Virus record (IMG/VR): IMGVR_UViG_2728369181_000006
Coordinates: 1 to 44,578 of that record
DNA: 44,578 bases
Direction: 5' to 3' (one strand)
Origin: a virus
Taxonomy: Duplodnaviria; Heunggongvirae; Uroviricota; Caudoviricetes
The notes below the pieces were generated by a model. It did not search any database. It was given only the letters and a program-made list of their open reading frames with translations, and was not told where the DNA came from. The translations under genes and the position numbers were made by a program. Positions 1 through 9,573 of this stretch are shown piece by piece; position 1 is the stretch's first letter, and each line of letters opens with the position of its first letter.

Positions 1-1131
1 CTAAGCCGCGTGCTGCGATTCAGGGTTTACAGGCTCTCCGTGGGCTAACACTGCCAGCCCGGCAGCTTTAATATTACGTGCCGCGTTAATGTCGCGATCA
101 TGGTCTGCGCCGCATTCAGGGCAGTGCCATTTACGAACATTAAGAGGCATTTTTTGCATGGTGAAACCGCAGCAACTACAGCATTTTGAGGACGGTAAAT
201 ACTGGTCAATGGCGACCACTGACCGCCCGGCCCATTTGCCTTTGTACTGGAGCTGGCGAACAAGTTCGCTCCAGCCTGCGTCAGCTATTGCTTTAGACAG
301 CTTCGGGTTGCGGATCATGTTTTTCACCTTGAGGGATTCGACGCAAACAACTTGGTTTTCGTTAATCAGTTTGCGGGACAACTTGTGCAGATTGTCCATC
401 CGGCAATCGGCGATTTTCGCGTGGAGTCGGGCGACCTTTAAGCGGGCTTTAATACGGTTTCTTGAGCCTTTTTGCTTCCTGCTTAAACGTCGCTGTAGCA
501 GCGTTAATCGCTTCGCATATTTAGCGGTGTGGCGGGGATTGTCGGTTTTGAATCCGGTATCGGTGACGAATAAATCTTTTAAGCCCACATCAATGCCGAC
601 CGTTTTAGCGGTAACAGGCATTGATACAGGTTCAAACTCACACAGGCAGGAAACAAAGTACCTGCCAGCGCTATCTCTGGAAATGGTAACGGTTGACGGC
701 GCAGATGGTAATTCTCGACTCCAGCGAACATCCAGCGGCGACTTGCTCTTTGCTATATACAACTCGCCGTCACGGTGTTTAAACGCGCTGGCAGTGAACT
801 CAGCCACCTGTTTGTGCCGTTTGCTTTTGAAAGCCGGATATGCAGCTCGTCCGGCAAAGAAGTTAGCAAAGGCGGCTTGTTGGTGGCGCAACGACTGCTG
901 GAGGGGAACGCAGGAAACATCATTCAGCCATATGTATTCAGGCTCTTTTTTGAGCGCCGTAAGGCGAGCGTTGGCCTGTAGATAACCGATCTTTTCTTTT
1001 CGCTCGTAGTACGCATCGGTACGCCAACGAAGGATGGAATTGTAGACGAAGCGCACACAGCCAAACGTCTGAGCTAAAAGCTCAGCCTGCTCAGTTGTCG
1101 GGTAAAACCGGTATTTATATGCGCGTTTCAT
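1..1131 (-). CDS. tnpB: IS200/IS605-family TnpB (OrfB) RNA-guided nuclease/transposase accessory protein, 376 aa
   Basis: Full-length minus-strand ORF with ATG at 1131 and stop at 1-3; N-terminus MKRAYKYRFYPT and C-terminal zinc-finger region CCGFTMQ...HCPECGADHDRDINAARNI are typical of TnpB. No tnpA in window. Confidence 0.85.
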   Translation of the reverse strand: MKRAYKYRFYPTTEQAELLAQTFGCVRFVYNSILRWRTDAYYERKEKIGYLQANARLTALKKEPEYIWLNDVSCVPLQQSLRHQQAAFANFFAGRAAYPAFKSKRHKQVAEFTASAFKHRDGELYIAKSKSPLDVRWSRELPSAPSTVTISRDSAGRYFVSCLCEFEPVSMPVTAKTVGIDVGLKDLFVTDTGFKTDNPRHTAKYAKRLTLLQRRLSRKQKGSRNRIKARLKVARLHAKIADCRMDNLHKLSRKLINENQVVCVESLKVKNMIRNPKLSKAIADAGWSELVRQLQYKGKWAGRSVVAIDQYLPSSKCCSCCGFTMQKMPLNVRKWHCPECGADHDRDINAARNIKAAGLAVLAHGEPVNPESQHAA

Positions 1132-1239
1132 GTGTTCACATACTAAAGAGGAAAATGTGATTATGCAAAGTACAGTTAGTCGGAAAACCGCCTCCTTTCC
1201 TCCCCGGTCTGAAGGCCGAGGTTTCCCGGAGGCATTCTA

Positions 1240-1716
1240 ATGAAACTCATCAGTAACGATCTGCGCGATGGCGATAAGCTGCCGCATCGTCATGTCTTTA
1301 ACGGCATGGGTTACGATGGCGATAATATTTCACCGCATCTGGCGTGGGATGATGTTCCTGTGGGAACGAAAAGTTTTGTTGTCACCTGCTATGACCCGGA
1401 TGCGCCAACCGGCTCCGGCTGGTGGCACTGGGTAGTTGTTAATTTACCCGCTGATACCCGCGTATTACCGCAAGGGTTTGGCTCTGGTCTGGTAGCTATG
1501 CCAGACGGCGTTTTGCAGACGCGTACCGACTTTGGTAAAACCGGGTACGATGGCGCAGCGCCGCCGAAAGGCGAAACCCATCGCTACATTTTTACCGTTC
1601 ACGCGCTGGATGTAGAACGTATTGATGTCGATGAAGGTGCCAGCGGCGCGATGGTCGGGTTTAACGTTCATTTTCACTCTCTGGCGAGTGCCTCGATTAC
1701 TGCGATGTTTAGTTAA
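1240..1716 (+). CDS. ybhB: PEBP-family (YbhB/YbcL-type) kinase-inhibitor-like protein, 158 aa; host gene
   Basis: ATG ORF; PEBP motifs (DPDAPTGSGWWHW, GYDGAAPPKGETHRY); lies immediately outside the lambda att core, as ybhB does at the K-12 lambda attachment site. Confidence 0.8.
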   Translation: MKLISNDLRDGDKLPHRHVFNGMGYDGDNISPHLAWDDVPVGTKSFVVTCYDPDAPTGSGWWHWVVVNLPADTRVLPQGFGSGLVAMPDGVLQTRTDFGKTGYDGAAPPKGETHRYIFTVHALDVERIDVDEGASGAMVGFNVHFHSLASASITAMFS

Positions 1717-1727
1717 TCACTCTGCCA

Positions 1728-1750
1728 GATGGCGCAATGCCATCTGGTAT
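1728..1750 (+). terminator. Putative ybhB terminator hairpin
   Basis: 9-bp inverted repeat ccagatggc/gccatctgg just after the ybhB stop, followed by T-rich sequence. Confidence 0.35.
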
Positions 1751-1806
1751 CACTTAAAGGTATTAAAAACAACTTTTTGTCTTTTTACCTTCCCGTTTCG
1801 CTCAAG

Positions 1807-1821
1807 TTAGTATAAAAAAGC
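1807..1821. repeat. attR: Lambda att core (prophage right junction, attR-type), followed by lambda P-arm-like sequence
   Basis: ttagtataaaaaagc is the reverse complement of the lambda 15-bp core GCTTTTTTATACTAA; identical copy at 43234-43248. Adjacent AT-rich sequence matches the lambda attP P arm as recalled. Confidence 0.85.
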
Positions 1822-2211
1822 TGAACGAGAAACGTAAAATGATATAAATATCAATATATTAAATTAGATTTTGCATAAAAAACAGACTACATAATACTGT
1901 AAAACACAACATATGCAGTCACTATGAATCAACTACTTAGATGGTATTAGTGACCTGTAACAGAGCATTAGCGCAAGGTGATTTTTGTCTTCTTGCGCTA
2001 ATTTTTTGTCATCAAAACCTGTCGCACTCCAGAGACGCACAAAGCCTTGCAATCCAGTGCAAAGATTTGTGTGTTTAAATTTTGTCTAAGCATTCTAGTG
2101 AAAACATAGTAAAATCAGTAACGGCTGGAAATCATTCAATACTCGCACTATCGAAAGTTAACCAGCCAGCCGCAGTATCCTATCATGACAAGTTACTGCG
2201 GCTTTTTATAT

Positions 2212-2499
2212 TTAACGGATCAACAGCCAGACCAGCAGACACACCACCACTGGCACAGCAAAATCCAACAAACTTCCCACATCCCACACGCGTGGATCAA
2301 AACCGCCCCACCACGGCATATTCATACGCTTGCCATGCCCGAACATTTCTATCCAGCGATATTCTGCCTGGGTGTGTTCTCGGGATATAAAAAACACACA
2401 CCCTATTACAGCCCCAGTTATCGGATCATTAAATAAACTCAAAAACAGAAACTGTAGCGATAATGATATTAGCACATGAATGAAATGAGATATGTCCAT
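2212..2499 (-). CDS. Hypothetical small membrane protein (2 predicted TM segments) downstream of tailspike
   Basis: ORF with internal ATG at 2499 (the ORF-track start at 2508 is TTG); hydrophobic stretches. Overlapping plus-strand ORFs exist, so coding status is uncertain. Confidence 0.25.
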   Translation of the reverse strand: MDISHFIHVLISLSLQFLFLSLFNDPITGAVIGCVFFISREHTQAEYRWIEMFGHGKRMNMPWWGGFDPRVWDVGSLLDFAVPVVVCLLVWLLIR

Positions 2500-2501
2500 A
2501 C

Positions 2502-4160
2502 TTACCAACTCAAAAGAATATTTACATCACCTACGCTAATAGGATTTGGTGTGACATTTTGAAATGTTACCCTGACGATATTATCGGAAACAGCAATAGC
2601 ATCTGAAATTATACCTATTGGGAGATCATTCAACACTGTCATTTGTAGAGGAACTTCATTAGATATGATATATCCGGTCAATGTTCTTTGCATTGAGAAC
2701 CTGCCATTTGCTGAAATCGTGCCAACATTCAACGTTGATTTTACTTTCTTTCCTGAATATGTAACACCATTCAAATCTATATGTGAGTTATTTATTAATG
2801 TCAACGCAGAATATCCTGAAAAATCACTATTAGCCCCGGCCTGCCTTACTACAGAGAATTTATCAGCTCGTATTGCAAAGTCACCAGTTGCTTCCGATGC
2901 ATTAATGTTATTGGTAACAACAACACCTCCATCAACACAGTTAATAGCATATGTTGCATTTCCTTTTATCGTTATGTTTCTTAAACTTAAATAAGATGCA
3001 AACTGGCATGTGGCAAAAGCAATTGCTCCATCTGATAGATACCCATCTGAAAATTCAACAGACGAAGAATACCTTGATCCTATACACGATTGAGTTCTCG
3101 GTTTAAAAATAGATCCGCCTTTAATATAACAATCCGCCGCATGCTCAACCTTAAGAGAGTCTTCCCCTGAATTGTAAGAAGTGAATTCTGTGCCCCTCAC
3201 GCTTGCACTGTACACACATTCAAGGGAAATATTAGCATTTGATATATGAACCCCATTAACCCCAAATTGAGATCCAGAGCCAGAAACAAGAACTCCACAA
3301 ACAGAGCCTCCATTTACAATCAAATTGTTTGCATCCCAAACTACGCAACTACCACATTGTGAATCAGGGTAGTATCCACCTCCGATAATGAGTCCGTAAT
3401 CACCATCTGTTTCAACAGCAACATTTTTTATGCTGTATATATTTGATCTAAATTGTATTCCTTTTGTTGTTTTTATTATGGAATTTATTGGTTTTGCCAC
3501 AACCCCGTTAACCGGACCTGAAATTATACCATTGTGACTCATATCCAATGTTAATACATTTCCATCCTTGGAAATTATCATCGCTCCACATGAAATGTCT
3601 CTCCTGCCAGAAAGTATACAATATTTACCAACATGAAAATTATCTGCATTCTGAACAGAAACTTTAAAAATACCAGTCAACACATCATAAGAAACATCAT
3701 ATACATTAACAGGACTATAATCCACACCCAATATATTCAGAGGAATATTATCAAACTCATCATAATGTGAATAACCATCAGGAATGTGAATATACTGCCC
3801 GTATTCTATCTGTGATCTAAGCTGATCGGGATCGTACTTCAGCACATTAGGAAAATAGAACTGCAGAGCGCCGTACGCATCATAAACAGCCATAGAATGG
3901 CCTTGCACAGTTACGAATTTGGCAATCTGTCCGTTATATACCGGATAACCAGCAGCGTTAATGATGATTGGTTGAGAAACAGGAACGTGAGAGCCGTCTT
4001 CGTTCTCTACATAAACCGGAATCTGGTTTTCAGGGTTTACCGGGTCAGTGTCAATTTTACCGATATAAATTTTACCATTGGCTACGGCTTTAAAAGAACG
4101 CGCCATAGTGAAGAGTTGCGAAGGCATACTCACTACAACATTAGCTGTAATGTCTGTCAT
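2502..4160 (-). CDS. Tailspike protein (P22 gp9-like N-terminal head-binding domain, divergent receptor-binding domain), 552 aa
   Basis: N-terminus [11 protein letters not shown]...[34 protein letters not shown] closely matches the P22 gp9 head-binding domain; the remainder is divergent and Gly/Ser/Asn-rich. Confidence 0.85.
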   Translation of the reverse strand: MTDITANVVVSMPSQLFTMARSFKAVANGKIYIGKIDTDPVNPENQIPVYVENEDGSHVPVSQPIIINAAGYPVYNGQIAKFVTVQGHSMAVYDAYGALQFYFPNVLKYDPDQLRSQIEYGQYIHIPDGYSHYDEFDNIPLNILGVDYSPVNVYDVSYDVLTGIFKVSVQNADNFHVGKYCILSGRRDISCGAMIISKDGNVLTLDMSHNGIISGPVNGVVAKPINSIIKTTKGIQFRSNIYSIKNVAVETDGDYGLIIGGGYYPDSQCGSCVVWDANNLIVNGGSVCGVLVSGSGSQFGVNGVHISNANISLECVYSASVRGTEFTSYNSGEDSLKVEHAADCYIKGGSIFKPRTQSCIGSRYSSSVEFSDGYLSDGAIAFATCQFASYLSLRNITIKGNATYAINCVDGGVVVTNNINASEATGDFAIRADKFSVVRQAGANSDFSGYSALTLINNSHIDLNGVTYSGKKVKSTLNVGTISANGRFSMQRTLTGYIISNEVPLQMTVLNDLPIGIISDAIAVSDNIVRVTFQNVTPNPISVGDVNILLSW

Positions 4161-4295
4161 TTAATTTGCTCCAGATACAAGGAATCGCCGCAGCATGGCT
4201 ACGGTGAGTATTTGTTTGCTTTTTGCACTACACTTTTTGTGTAGTGCTATCTCTCAAGGCCATAGCCGCTGAGTAGCTACGGTGAATTTTGGGCA

Positions 4296-4319
4296 TAAAA
4301 AAACCCAGCCGAAGCTGGG
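4296..4319 (-). terminator. Rho-independent terminator between ant and tailspike
   Basis: Stem cccagc/gctggg with cgaa loop; on the minus strand it is followed by a run of seven U. Confidence 0.5.
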
Positions 4320-4338
4320 TCGTTGCGTTGGTTATCTG

Positions 4339-5217
4339 TCAGTAGTTATGTACTGAAGGAGGCAATTCTTTATTCTTAAGTCTCATCCATGCGGAAAGAT
4401 TCGTTGGTCCGTCTGGCTCATTGATATCAACATCTCGTGTGTGGTTGATTAAAACGTCTCTCGCCATTCCGATAACATACGAGAACTCATGACCGTAGTC
4501 GTAGCATCTGCCGGAATAGTTCGATTGAATTTGTTTTAATGCCGGATACAGTTCGCGGAATAATGCCTGTGAGCGGTTGGCATAATCCCATAACCATACA
4601 AGGCTGTTTGCTTCTTTTGCAGAAAGCTCGTTGGTTTTCTTCTCTTGTTTGCCGATGAATTCGCCTTCAAGCACTACCCTGTGGATGTACTCTACGGCTT
4701 GCGGGATTTGTTCAATTGAAAGTTCATCAATGCTGTCAATACCAAAACGCTGATGAACCATATTGTATGCATCGTCATAGCGAAGTCCTTTCTTTCCTAC
4801 CAGCATGTTTACTGCATCGCGTAGCGGTGTTCTTTCCTCAACAGTGGTTTTCTTTCCTTTTACATACTCGCCATGTTTGCGAATTGAAGGCAGAACTTCT
4901 GCTGTTACCCACTTGCGGAATTTGTGCGGGACCGAACCTTTATTGACTGCATCGCGGCAGCGCAGAACCAATGTATACATACCTGATTCGCTCACAATGC
5001 TTAGATTCTGCTCACCACCAAGGGTGTAACTTAAAGTTACTCCCTTTTCATCGTCATCAAGTGCAGTAAGCGCCTTGCGTGAGTTAGTCAGGGTTAAAGC
5101 ATCACAAACATCTTTTGCTACAAACCACGGCTCACCGCACTTGTTGATGACGCGGATTTCACTGTCGCCGAATTTGAAGATGGTGAAATCGTTTTGTGCC
5201 TTTGCTATACTTTTCAT
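4339..5217 (-). CDS. ant: Antirepressor Ant (Bro-N/AntA N-terminal domain)
   Basis: Bro-N-like N-terminus ([11 protein letters not shown]...[14 protein letters not shown]); position directly downstream of arc as in P22 immI. Start placed at ATG 5217 with AGGAAA RBS; the ORF-track start at 5283 is GTG. Confidence 0.75.
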   Translation of the reverse strand: MKSIAKAQNDFTIFKFGDSEIRVINKCGEPWFVAKDVCDALTLTNSRKALTALDDDEKGVTLSYTLGGEQNLSIVSESGMYTLVLRCRDAVNKGSVPHKFRKWVTAEVLPSIRKHGEYVKGKKTTVEERTPLRDAVNMLVGKKGLRYDDAYNMVHQRFGIDSIDELSIEQIPQAVEYIHRVVLEGEFIGKQEKKTNELSAKEANSLVWLWDYANRSQALFRELYPALKQIQSNYSGRCYDYGHEFSYVIGMARDVLINHTRDVDINEPDGPTNLSAWMRLKNKELPPSVHNY

Positions 5218-5218
5218 G

Positions 5219-5290
5219 TCAATATTTCCTAATCCGATTTGTTGATACCGAAGCCCTGACTGTTCCCGCAGTTGGGGCTTCACTGTTTTG
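5219..5290 (+). ncRNA. sar: Candidate Sar-like antisense RNA covering the ant ribosome-binding region
   Basis: Plus-strand hairpin (gaagccc...gggcttc, about 5250-5282) followed by a T-rich tract, about 70 nt downstream of a weak promoter-like -10 tatact at 5206-5211. Geometry matches P22 sar, which is antisense to the ant RBS. Confidence 0.3.
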
Positions 5291-5449
5291 ATTTCTTTGC
5301 CGCATCAAGCATCACTTCTGAAAACGTGCGCTTGCCACTGAATACTCTTTCTCTTCTCAATTTTTCGTTCGTGCCAAATGATTCGCCATGAACAAAATTT
5401 GGTCTTAAAATGGTAATCGCAATCTCTTTGACTACTGCATCCAAGCGAA

Positions 5450-5602
5450 TCACACCGTTACCCCCTCTCTCTTCAGGCTGTCTATCAGGCGCTTGATAAC
5501 CTCTGAGTTAAACGACCTGCACTCTTCCTTTGCCCTGCTACCGATAGCATCCTTTAACGACTGCGGCATCCTTACCAAAATCTTACTTATTTCTTTCTCC
5601 AT
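5450..5602 (-). CDS. arc: Arc-like ribbon-helix-helix repressor, 50 aa
   Basis: Sequence MEKEISKILVRMPQSLKDAIGSRAKEECRSFNSEVIKRLIDSLKREG resembles P22 Arc (GRSVNSEIYQRV...); GGAGGG RBS; divergent from mnt. Confidence 0.75.
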   Translation of the reverse strand: MEKEISKILVRMPQSLKDAIGSRAKEECRSFNSEVIKRLIDSLKREGVTV

Positions 5603-5716
5603 GTTACCCTCCACACAAACAACTCTTTTCGAATACAAAAGATAGCAAAGTGAGTATATCTAGTCAAAATTTTTTTGCATACACTTTGATATCAAATTGA
5701 ATACCAAAGGTGTGAT
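5603..5716. promoter_or_regulatory. Divergent Pant/Pmnt-type promoter-operator region of immI
   Basis: 114-bp AT-rich intergenic region between divergent arc and mnt with inverted repeats (caaagtg ... cactttg); exact operator boundaries not resolved. Confidence 0.5.
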
Positions 5717-5971
5717 ATGGCAAAAGGTGTGTCAATTTCTCCAACTACGGTAAGAATCCCTGAATCTTTACGCGAGGCTCTTGCTGTCAGAGCATCAAAA
5801 AATGGTCGCTCTGTTAACTCCGAGATCGTCATGATTTTGCAAGCCGCGATTGATGAAGAAAAATCACCAAGATCAATAGAAGGTTTTGCTCAACAAGAAT
5901 CTGAAAAATTTAGGGAGGCTCTTCTTAAGACTCTCAGCAGCATGTACGGAGAAGATAAAAAACCCACCTGA
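5717..5971 (+). CDS. mnt: Mnt-like ribbon-helix-helix repressor, 84 aa
   Basis: Arc/Mnt family motif NGRSVNSEIV; size and divergent arrangement with arc-ant as in P22 immI. Confidence 0.75.
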   Translation: MAKGVSISPTTVRIPESLREALAVRASKNGRSVNSEIVMILQAAIDEEKSPRSIEGFAQQESEKFREALLKTLSSMYGEDKKPT

Positions 5972-5985
5972 CGGTGGGTTTTATT
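5957..5985. terminator. Bidirectional rho-independent terminator
   Basis: Sequence aaaaaa cccacc tgac ggtggg ttttatt; serves convergent mnt (+) and the 140-aa gene (-). Confidence 0.65.
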
Positions 5986-6406
5986 AGTGCTTGTATAGCT
6001 TGAACTCCCTGTCGAGCCATAAGACATAAAAAGTGGCTCCTATCTTATAACCAACCATAGGTGCCTTAGAGCAAAATCTGAACGCAATGAAATCCACATC
6101 TTGAGTAACATGCTTAGGAATCGGAGCCTTTATCGCGTTTCTGGCAATTTTTTCCGTCCCAAGCCCGTGTTTATCAGATTTTCGTATCTCATCCCATGAC
6201 ATCTGACTTAACCTGAACAGCCTATCTGCAAATGCTGCCTTTTCATGCTTTTGGCAGCAATCTAGGCAATACCCCTTTTGTAGGTATCTAAGAGAAAATA
6301 CAGGCGGACTTTTGTCTACATCATGAGATTCGTGATGGATAGAGAGGCCAACAGTAGCAGAGCTCTCTTTATCCCTCTGTTTTATTCTTCCCTTAACTCT
6401 AGGCAT
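5984..6406 (-). CDS. Hypothetical 140-aa protein, candidate toxin partner of the Panacea-domain protein
   Basis: ATG 5 nt after the stop of the upstream Panacea-domain gene; basic protein with C-terminus ...GYKIGATFYVLWLDREFKLYKH loosely reminiscent of RelE/ParE-fold toxins. No confident family assignment. Confidence 0.45.
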   Translation of the reverse strand: MPRVKGRIKQRDKESSATVGLSIHHESHDVDKSPPVFSLRYLQKGYCLDCCQKHEKAAFADRLFRLSQMSWDEIRKSDKHGLGTEKIARNAIKAPIPKHVTQDVDFIAFRFCSKAPMVGYKIGATFYVLWLDREFKLYKH

Positions 6407-6411
6407 ACACG

Positions 6412-6861
6412 TCAGTTAATTAACGTTTTGAAAAAACCTTTCATAGAATCAAGTGTGATTTCTTGGCTAACCGCACCCTCAATGTAAGCATCTTTCCATG
6501 GCTGCTCTTCGTGAGTCATATTGCGCAGTTTCCAGGCAGAAAACTGACCATAAACTTTATACACCTCATCCAGCAATTCAATTTCATCTTCACTGAATTT
6601 TTTAGCGTCAAAGTTTTCTGGCGCAAGTAAAGCTCCGTTACCACAGTCCCTATATTTACGATACAATTCAGGAACTACTGGCCCATGCATCCAGGCTTCA
6701 ATTTTCTCATTAAATAGCGGCTTACCCAGAAGAACCAGAGAAAACCCTTGGGCATAATACGTCAACTTCTGAATTTTTAGGTTAGAGATAATGTCGCCAC
6801 TTTCTTCATCGCAATGCGCCAAGAAGTAGTCGGCGACATCAAAACAAGTGAGCATAAACAT
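6412..6861 (-). CDS. Panacea-domain (DUF4065, SocA/PanA-like) putative antitoxin, 149 aa
   Basis: Motif KIQKLTYYAQGFSLVLLGKPLF...EAWMHGPVVPELYRKY matches the DUF4065 signature as recalled; ATG start with GGAGGT RBS. Confidence 0.7.
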   Translation of the reverse strand: MFMLTCFDVADYFLAHCDEESGDIISNLKIQKLTYYAQGFSLVLLGKPLFNEKIEAWMHGPVVPELYRKYRDCGNGALLAPENFDAKKFSEDEIELLDEVYKVYGQFSAWKLRNMTHEEQPWKDAYIEGAVSQEITLDSMKGFFKTLIN

Positions 6862-7229
6862 ACCTCCATCTTGATAGCCGCAGCTATGTATACAACTGTG
6901 TCAAGTTGCATTTAATACCATAACAAAGCTGTCATCAATCCTTCAGAGGCTAACTTACAACCACTTTCTCGACACGTTTAAATCATTACATTTCACATTT
7001 ACTGCATTTTCGCCGAAGTTACCTATAAGGTAATGTCACATTTCCTGCAAGTTTCATGCAATGTTGAAAAGTGAGCTATTCACTTTTCTATGACACCAAA
7101 CACCAAAAATAGCACTTTTTGCTAAATCATTCGTCCAAGTTGTGGATGGTTTGTCGTTGACACGTTTTCACACACCACTCCACTAATAAAGTATCATCTG
7201 GTATCCTGAGCAAAACTAAGGAGGTTGGT

Positions 7230-7724
7230 GTGTCTGATTCTATGAGTTACGCTGTGCTAGTTGCCGCAACTCTATTTCTGGGGATAGGGTTGCAGATTGC
7301 GTGGTTCTTTTTTTCTAGTTTTATTAAACGCAAAAGAATTGAATCAAGGATATCTGAGATTTCTATTGCTATAGGGAAAAATGCTGAAAATCCAGAGAAT
7401 GATGCCTGCGCACTGAATTACCTTAAAGAAAAGTTTTCCCCTGAAAAATTTGAAAATAGAATTACTGATGCTCTTGGATTGGTAATATCAGTAATTCATA
7501 TGCCACTAAGTTTGCTGATAACAGTGTGGTACTTCGCCATGATCGCCGGAAGAATATTTGGTTTCATGAATATAGATCCTGTAGTTCTTTGGGTTCCAAT
7601 GATACTGCAATTGTTGTTAAGCTTTGCTATCTTTATTTTTTCTGTTTTTATAAAAATTGTCTTCGGAAGATACCCCGGAGAAGCGAAGGGATTTAATAAA
7701 GAATTCATAAAAACTATAAAATAA
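7230..7724 (+). CDS. Inner-membrane protein, putative superinfection-exclusion protein (SieA-like by position)
   Basis: GTG start 5 nt after AAGGAGG; three predicted hydrophobic helices; sits between the gp16-like gene and immI, where P22 carries sieA. Confidence 0.4.
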   Translation: MSDSMSYAVLVAATLFLGIGLQIAWFFFSSFIKRKRIESRISEISIAIGKNAENPENDACALNYLKEKFSPEKFENRITDALGLVISVIHMPLSLLITVWYFAMIAGRIFGFMNIDPVVLWVPMILQLLLSFAIFIFSVFIKIVFGRYPGEAKGFNKEFIKTIK

Positions 7725-7746
7725 ATGCCGTCCTTGGCTTACAGTG

Positions 7747-9573
7747 CTACTGCCGGGTAGCTTCGTTAACTAAGAGCGGGCGCACGGCAGTAGCCGCCTG
7801 ATTTAGCGCTCTTTCATAAGCTGGCGTTCCAGCTTTAGTGTTTGCCAGACGTAAGAGCGCATTCCTTGCTGCTTTGGATTCATACAAGCGCATCATTGCA
7901 CCGAAACCAGCCTCAAGCCCCATTGATATGCCAAGAGTCGTAGTTGCGCCAATCGTCCTTATCCTGTTGGCTTGCGATTGCCCCGTCTGAGTTACTACAT
8001 TTGCGGTGTCTGATCTTGCTGTTTGCTGTAGAACTTCATGAAGAGCATCAAGTTCTTTCATGTGCTTTCCAGAAAAAATAGTGTTGTAAATTTCACCGCC
8101 TGACTGAGATTTCAGCTTATTAACTTCCGTGATGAACTTGGCTGGAGAGTCACCGGCCTTTTCCGCTATTTTGCTGACGTAAGCTGCACGCATAGCATCT
8201 TTCCCTTTATCATCCAATGCGCTCCAGATTCGTTTCACGTCAGATGGTTTTCTGCTTAATACAACAGTATTTATAAGTTCAGGACTGGCTTCACTGCTTG
8301 CCTTGTTGAGCTTGTTAGCAATGTTTTTATTAAGCACCTTATTATAAACGTTTGCATAATCGGAGTTTGCTTTAAGGTATTTTGCTGCGTCTGATGCACC
8401 GAGGTTTTTTGCAACTGCGTTACGAAGGTCTTTTGACATTGCATTCTCTACCATATTGGTAGCTGCTTTTGCCTGGTTGGGGAAGACCATAGCATCCCCC
8501 TGAACATTAGATCTAAATGCTGTTCTGTGCTGACGCAGGAGATCAAACGTAACATCCAAATCAGTTGCAGGGTTTGCTAATTCTTCACGTAGGTTACGCA
8601 AGGATGTAAGCAGGCTTTGATTGGCAGACGTCCCAAGCCGTTCCTGTCTTGCGATCGCTGTATTCAGAGCATTCATGGTATTTGTGGTATCAACTGCGGC
8701 ATTACCCATTTTATTGGTGACGTCATTGATAACAGCGCCAGCGGCATCCTTCCGTCCCCTTAACGTGGTGGTCAGAGATTTCACCACATCATCAGGGTTG
8801 TACTCACCAAAACGGTCAAAATAATTGCTTACCAGCTTACTACGCGTTGCATATTGCTCCGCTCGCTTTGAGCCTGTCCCGAGCAAAGCCCCCTCAGCAT
8901 CCTGAGTAAGTCCGCGAGTGAAAGCATTTTTCGGCGGGATAACATCAGATGTCATTGGTGTCACGCCCATCGATTCTGATGTGGCAATTTTCTTCGCCAC
9001 TTCTGGCGCAATATCACCTTTTATAGCCGTTATTCCACGCCCTATTCCCTTTGCTGCTGCGGAAAGAACACCCTGAGCGGCAAGGTTAACTCCGGCATTT
9101 TTAGCTGCATTTTGTGCGAAATCACCTTTCTGATTTGCGGCCTCTGCCAGTGATCCAATAGCCATGCTTCCTGCCGTTCCAACTCCTGGAACTAAATACC
9201 CGCCAATTGTTTCTCCAGCTTGAGCGTAAGGGTCTGTCGGTCGATCGACTGGACGATAGACATCATCCAATACTTTTGGCCCACCAAGCCCCTGACTGAT
9301 TGCATTAATCAGACTTGCGCCACCCTGCAATACGTCAAATGGTATGTTTACCAGACCACGACCAGCCTGTTCTGCAATTTGCCCTGCACTTTGACCACCA
9401 GTGAGCCAGTCAGTAGCTTTTCCCACCAGAGATTGTTCTTCTGGCTGCGATTGGTTTTGAGTGGATTGATCACCAGAAGACAGCATCTGAGCAATGCGAC
9501 GTGCTCCCTCAGTATCGCCGGCAGCATCAGCATTCCTTAACGCCGTCATCAACTGTTCACGACTATAGGCCAT
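7747..9573 (-). CDS. Ejection (injection) protein, P22 gp16-like, 608 aa
   Basis: Size and position after the gp20-like gene; Ala/Gly-rich; ATG start overlaps the upstream stop. Confidence 0.75.
   Translation of the reverse strand: MAYSREQLMTALRNADAAGDTEGARRIAQMLSSGDQSTQNQSQPEEQSLVGKATDWLTGGQSAGQIAEQAGRGLVNIPFDVLQGGASLINAISQGLGGPKVLDDVYRPVDRPTDPYAQAGETIGGYLVPGVGTAGSMAIGSLAEAANQKGDFAQNAAKNAGVNLAAQGVLSAAAKGIGRGITAIKGDIAPEVAKKIATSESMGVTPMTSDVIPPKNAFTRGLTQDAEGALLGTGSKRAEQYATRSKLVSNYFDRFGEYNPDDVVKSLTTTLRGRKDAAGAVINDVTNKMGNAAVDTTNTMNALNTAIARQERLGTSANQSLLTSLRNLREELANPATDLDVTFDLLRQHRTAFRSNVQGDAMVFPNQAKAATNMVENAMSKDLRNAVAKNLGASDAAKYLKANSDYANVYNKVLNKNIANKLNKASSEASPELINTVVLSRKPSDVKRIWSALDDKGKDAMRAAYVSKIAEKAGDSPAKFITEVNKLKSQSGGEIYNTIFSGKHMKELDALHEVLQQTARSDTANVVTQTGQSQANRIRTIGATTTLGISMGLEAGFGAMMRLYESKAARNALLRLANTKAGTPAYERALNQAATAVRPLLVNEATRQ

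Noticed and set aside
89-985. 298-aa plus-strand ORF (and 775-981) overlapping tnpB
   Set aside because: Antisense to a well-supported TnpB ORF; composition consistent with shadow ORF.
1240-1716. Initial thought that this was DLP12 prophage gene ybcL
   Set aside because: It is flanked by the lambda att core and, across the prophage, by ybhC, which fits the paralogue ybhB at the lambda attachment site.
2082-2436. Plus-strand ORFs of 102 and 83 aa near the attR junction
   Set aside because: Overlapping, low-complexity (C/A-rich) frames without RBS in a region adjacent to the P arm; not supported.
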